A program made the position numbers and the translations under genes. The notes under the pieces were generated by a model. It had not been told where the DNA came from. It did no database searches and saw only the letters and a list, made by a program, of their open reading frames with translations. A stretch of 64,000 nt of DNA from Hyphochytrium catenoides. Its lineage: Eukaryota; Protista; Hyphochytriomycota. Shown in pieces: positions 61,441 to 64,000 of this stretch. Positions within the stretch are counted from its first letter, which is position 1; each line of letters starts with the position of its first letter. Where the stretch lies: assembly GCA_900088475.1 (NCBI GenBank), contig FLMG01000308.1:1-64000 (forward strand), in the 5' to 3' direction.

Positions 61441-62227
61441 GTTGTTGATGATATTATTTGATGTTATTTCCTGCGATGCTCTTGAGCAAGAGAGGAAGCC
61501 TTCTCAGATGGTAGCTGCTCGCGTCTTCACTCGCTTCTTCTCGCCGTGATGTGGGACTTCTTTCGTCCTTCACCACTCCAGCCCACAGAATTGGAAGCCG
61601 TAGACGCAAGCCAGCCCCAGCGATGCGGTTGGTCGTCCTCTTGCTCCCAGGATCGGATCCCTTGTGTCAGTATCCCCCGCAGCTCTGTGCAGGTATAATC
61701 GGCGCTGGCTACTACTGGCGGCAGCTTCCACCCGCCTTTTGCTCCTGTCTCCTGTGCCAGCGTGGAAGTGGGGCGATGCTGCCGCCAGCTTCTTGAATAC
61801 AGAGACGGCATCCCGTTAGCGGCTACCGATCGGAACAGCTTCGTCTGTCTTCACGCACTTTCCAGCTTTCCAGGCACTTTGCTGGCTGCTTCTCCAACGG
61901 AGGAGGAGGCGAAGAGACGAAGAGAAGGCGCGATACCGCAGCAGGAAGCAAGGAGAAGACAGATAAGCCACGACCAGTGCAGTGTCGCAGCGGGAGCTCA
62001 GAAAGGAACGCTCTTTCACGTCCTCGCTGCGGAGGGCGGTCATCCGCATCTGTCTGCGAGCCATCTGGGTGCGATGACCGCGAGGCACATGAGGTGCATG
62101 CTGACTGCCATCCGCCTGTCTTGCGAGACAAAAGCCTTAGCTGCTGCGTTCTTTTGAAAGGGATGTGAAAACTTTCTCTCGTAGCAATTGAAGGAAGAGA
62201 GTCGCTGGGAGAGCGCAGGACAGCAGG

Positions 62228-64000
62228 ATGAACGAGTCAGAGCTCTGGGGCGCTATTTCTCTAGTCATTTTTGCCATCTTCTTCGCGGGTCCGCTCGTGA
62301 AGCTTCTTTTGTGGACACTTGTGCGGCTGACTCCCCAAGACTGGAAGTACGTAACTCTCAACCTATCTGTTTGGCCATGTCCAGCTGGGCTCATTTATCA
62401 CTCTTCCTCGTGCAGGTGGCCTCAGGAGCTGGTGGATGAGGTGGAATATCCCTTGACGTGGATGGTCAGGATCGCCTTCCTCTGGGTAGGAGGAGAATGT
62501 TTCCTTGCGTTGTTAGCCTCGCTCAACCTCCTCTCCATCACTCTCTACTGCGAGTGCTATCCCATCCGTCCACCTCCGCTCCCTTTCCGTCTTGCTTCTG
62601 ATCCCGTCCTCGTTCGTTTCTTAACAAAATTTCTCTCTTGTCTTGCCTTTCTCTTCCTCTGTCGCCCTCTCTCTGTCTCTCTCGTTGTCTCTCTCTCTCT
62701 CTCCCTCTCTCTTTCTCTGTCTGTCTTCCGCTGGCTTGCTAGATCAGGGTAAGTATACTGACCAAGAGTCTGTGCGTAGGGCGCTCTGGCTGTGATCCAC
62801 CTGGACTTACACCCGCTCCCGGTCTGGGTCTTCGGAGTGCCTCTCATCGCCGTCACCTTGAAACTGTTCAATGTTGTCGCCAATGTAAGACTCGCCCTGG
62901 CTTGAGAAGCACAGAGAAGCAGGAGGTGACAGATCCGTACAGAGCAGAAGGGAGACCAGAACTGCATAGATGAAAGAGCAGAAGAGGAAGGTCAGAGGCT
63001 AAATGTGTTGCTACTCTTCAGGTCGTGGTGCGCCGTGGAATGAAGCATCGCTCCAGAGAGGACTTGGGAAGGAGAAGGCGACTGGTGGAAGCCACCAAGG
63101 TGAGATCAAGCGGATCGAGAGGACCTCTCCAATACCGTCGATCATCTGCGGCGGTGTACTTTTATCCTTATAGCCCTTCCGTGGTGCACGATGAGGCTCT
63201 ACAATGCACTACTTCTCCCTTTGGGTCCTTCATTCCCTTTCCTGAGTCAGCATTAGCAGTCCATCTCTTACTCTCTAACGGGCCTAGGGCGGTCGCCCTG
63301 CATGGAAAGGAACATAACCATATAATCCTTTGTTCGTCTGCCTTGACGACGTTCGATGTGCGATGGTGCCCCGCAGGGTGTGAGGAACCTCCTCGTCTTT
63401 CTCTTGGCATATGCCATCTATCCAGGCAACCTGTCGCTCTTCCCTCCCAACACCATCCTCCTACCTCTTCTAGCCGTGGTGTTGGTCATTAGCTTGACGC
63501 TCACGACCCTGGTAGGCAGCTCCCACTTCTTCCCTGGCACCTTTCTCTTCCTCTCCTGCTTAGGTTCTTTTCTCATCCACCTAATGATGTTGGCCTCATT
63601 CTGAAGCCTTCTGCTTGCTCCCTTTACACTTCTTGGATAGGCAAATGATCTCTTGGCGTCAATCCTTATCTTCGGGGTTGACTTGAACGTCGGACCGCGC
63701 CTATCAGCAAAGCTTGGGGCAGAAGGCACGATGCTTTACCTGAATCGCGGGAGCGTCAAGCTTAGAAAGGCTGACGGGACAATTGACTACCTTCCAGCTG
63801 GTAGGTAGATTTCCTGTTATCGCTAGTTCCTTTCTTTATGCCCAGAGTTATATTTTCTCTCCTTTTCTCATGCTCTTTCTCGCCGTTGGCTCATCTTTAT
63901 CCTTACATCCAATCGTCGCTTATGCGTACCACTTAATGGACTGATATGCCATCCCTTAGGCCAGCTCTTATTCACCCCGCTGCAAGCCTATCCGTACAGC
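62228..64000 (+). CDS. MscS-like membrane protein (divergent), multi-exon, runs off the window end
   Basis: The spliced model gives several TMs followed by ANDLLASILIFGVDLNVG..EGTMLYLNRGSVKLRKADGTIDYLPAG, which resembles the MscS TM3/beta-domain pattern. GT-AG introns lie in consistent phases. Confidence 0.55.

Noticed and set aside
1-64000. CRISPR arrays, rRNA, snRNA, prokaryotic operons or defence systems, non-standard genetic code
   Set aside because: No repeat-spacer arrays or recognisable RNA-gene signatures were seen. Broken ORFs are explained by canonical introns under the standard code.

Overview
Eukaryotic genomic DNA rich in GT-AG introns and (CT)/(GA) microsatellites, with four N gaps. 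It probably comes from a flagellated stramenopile-like protist (inference from a MOK kinase, GMMCxKNC-type HMA domains and an oomycete-like TM protein). About 14 protein-coding genes were reconstructed by hand. The spliced genes are an EEP/sphingomyelinase-like hydrolase, a degenerate ppGalNAc-T-like GT, a receptor-like ectodomain-TM-SH3-p22phox-like fusion, MOK, a giant coiled-coil protein, a degenerate cyclophilin, a histidine phosphatase, a CHD1-like remodeler with a dead ATPase, a Cu P1B-ATPase and an MscS-like gene cut by the window edge. From about 42 to 61.5 kb lies a gene-sparse block of intronless genes (SAM methyltransferase, amino-acid permease, 758-aa TM protein, type I membrane protein, 85-aa microprotein) among probable decayed retroelements. 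The best novelty candidate is the single spliced gene at 5783-8804, which joins a Cys-rich/PPC-like ectodomain, a TM helix, an SH3 domain and a p22phox-like 4-TM module. It may be a receptor-coupled NADPH-oxidase partner subunit. Three apparent pseudoenzymes are also notable. All homology calls come from motif recognition by eye, with no database searches; splice models are manual.
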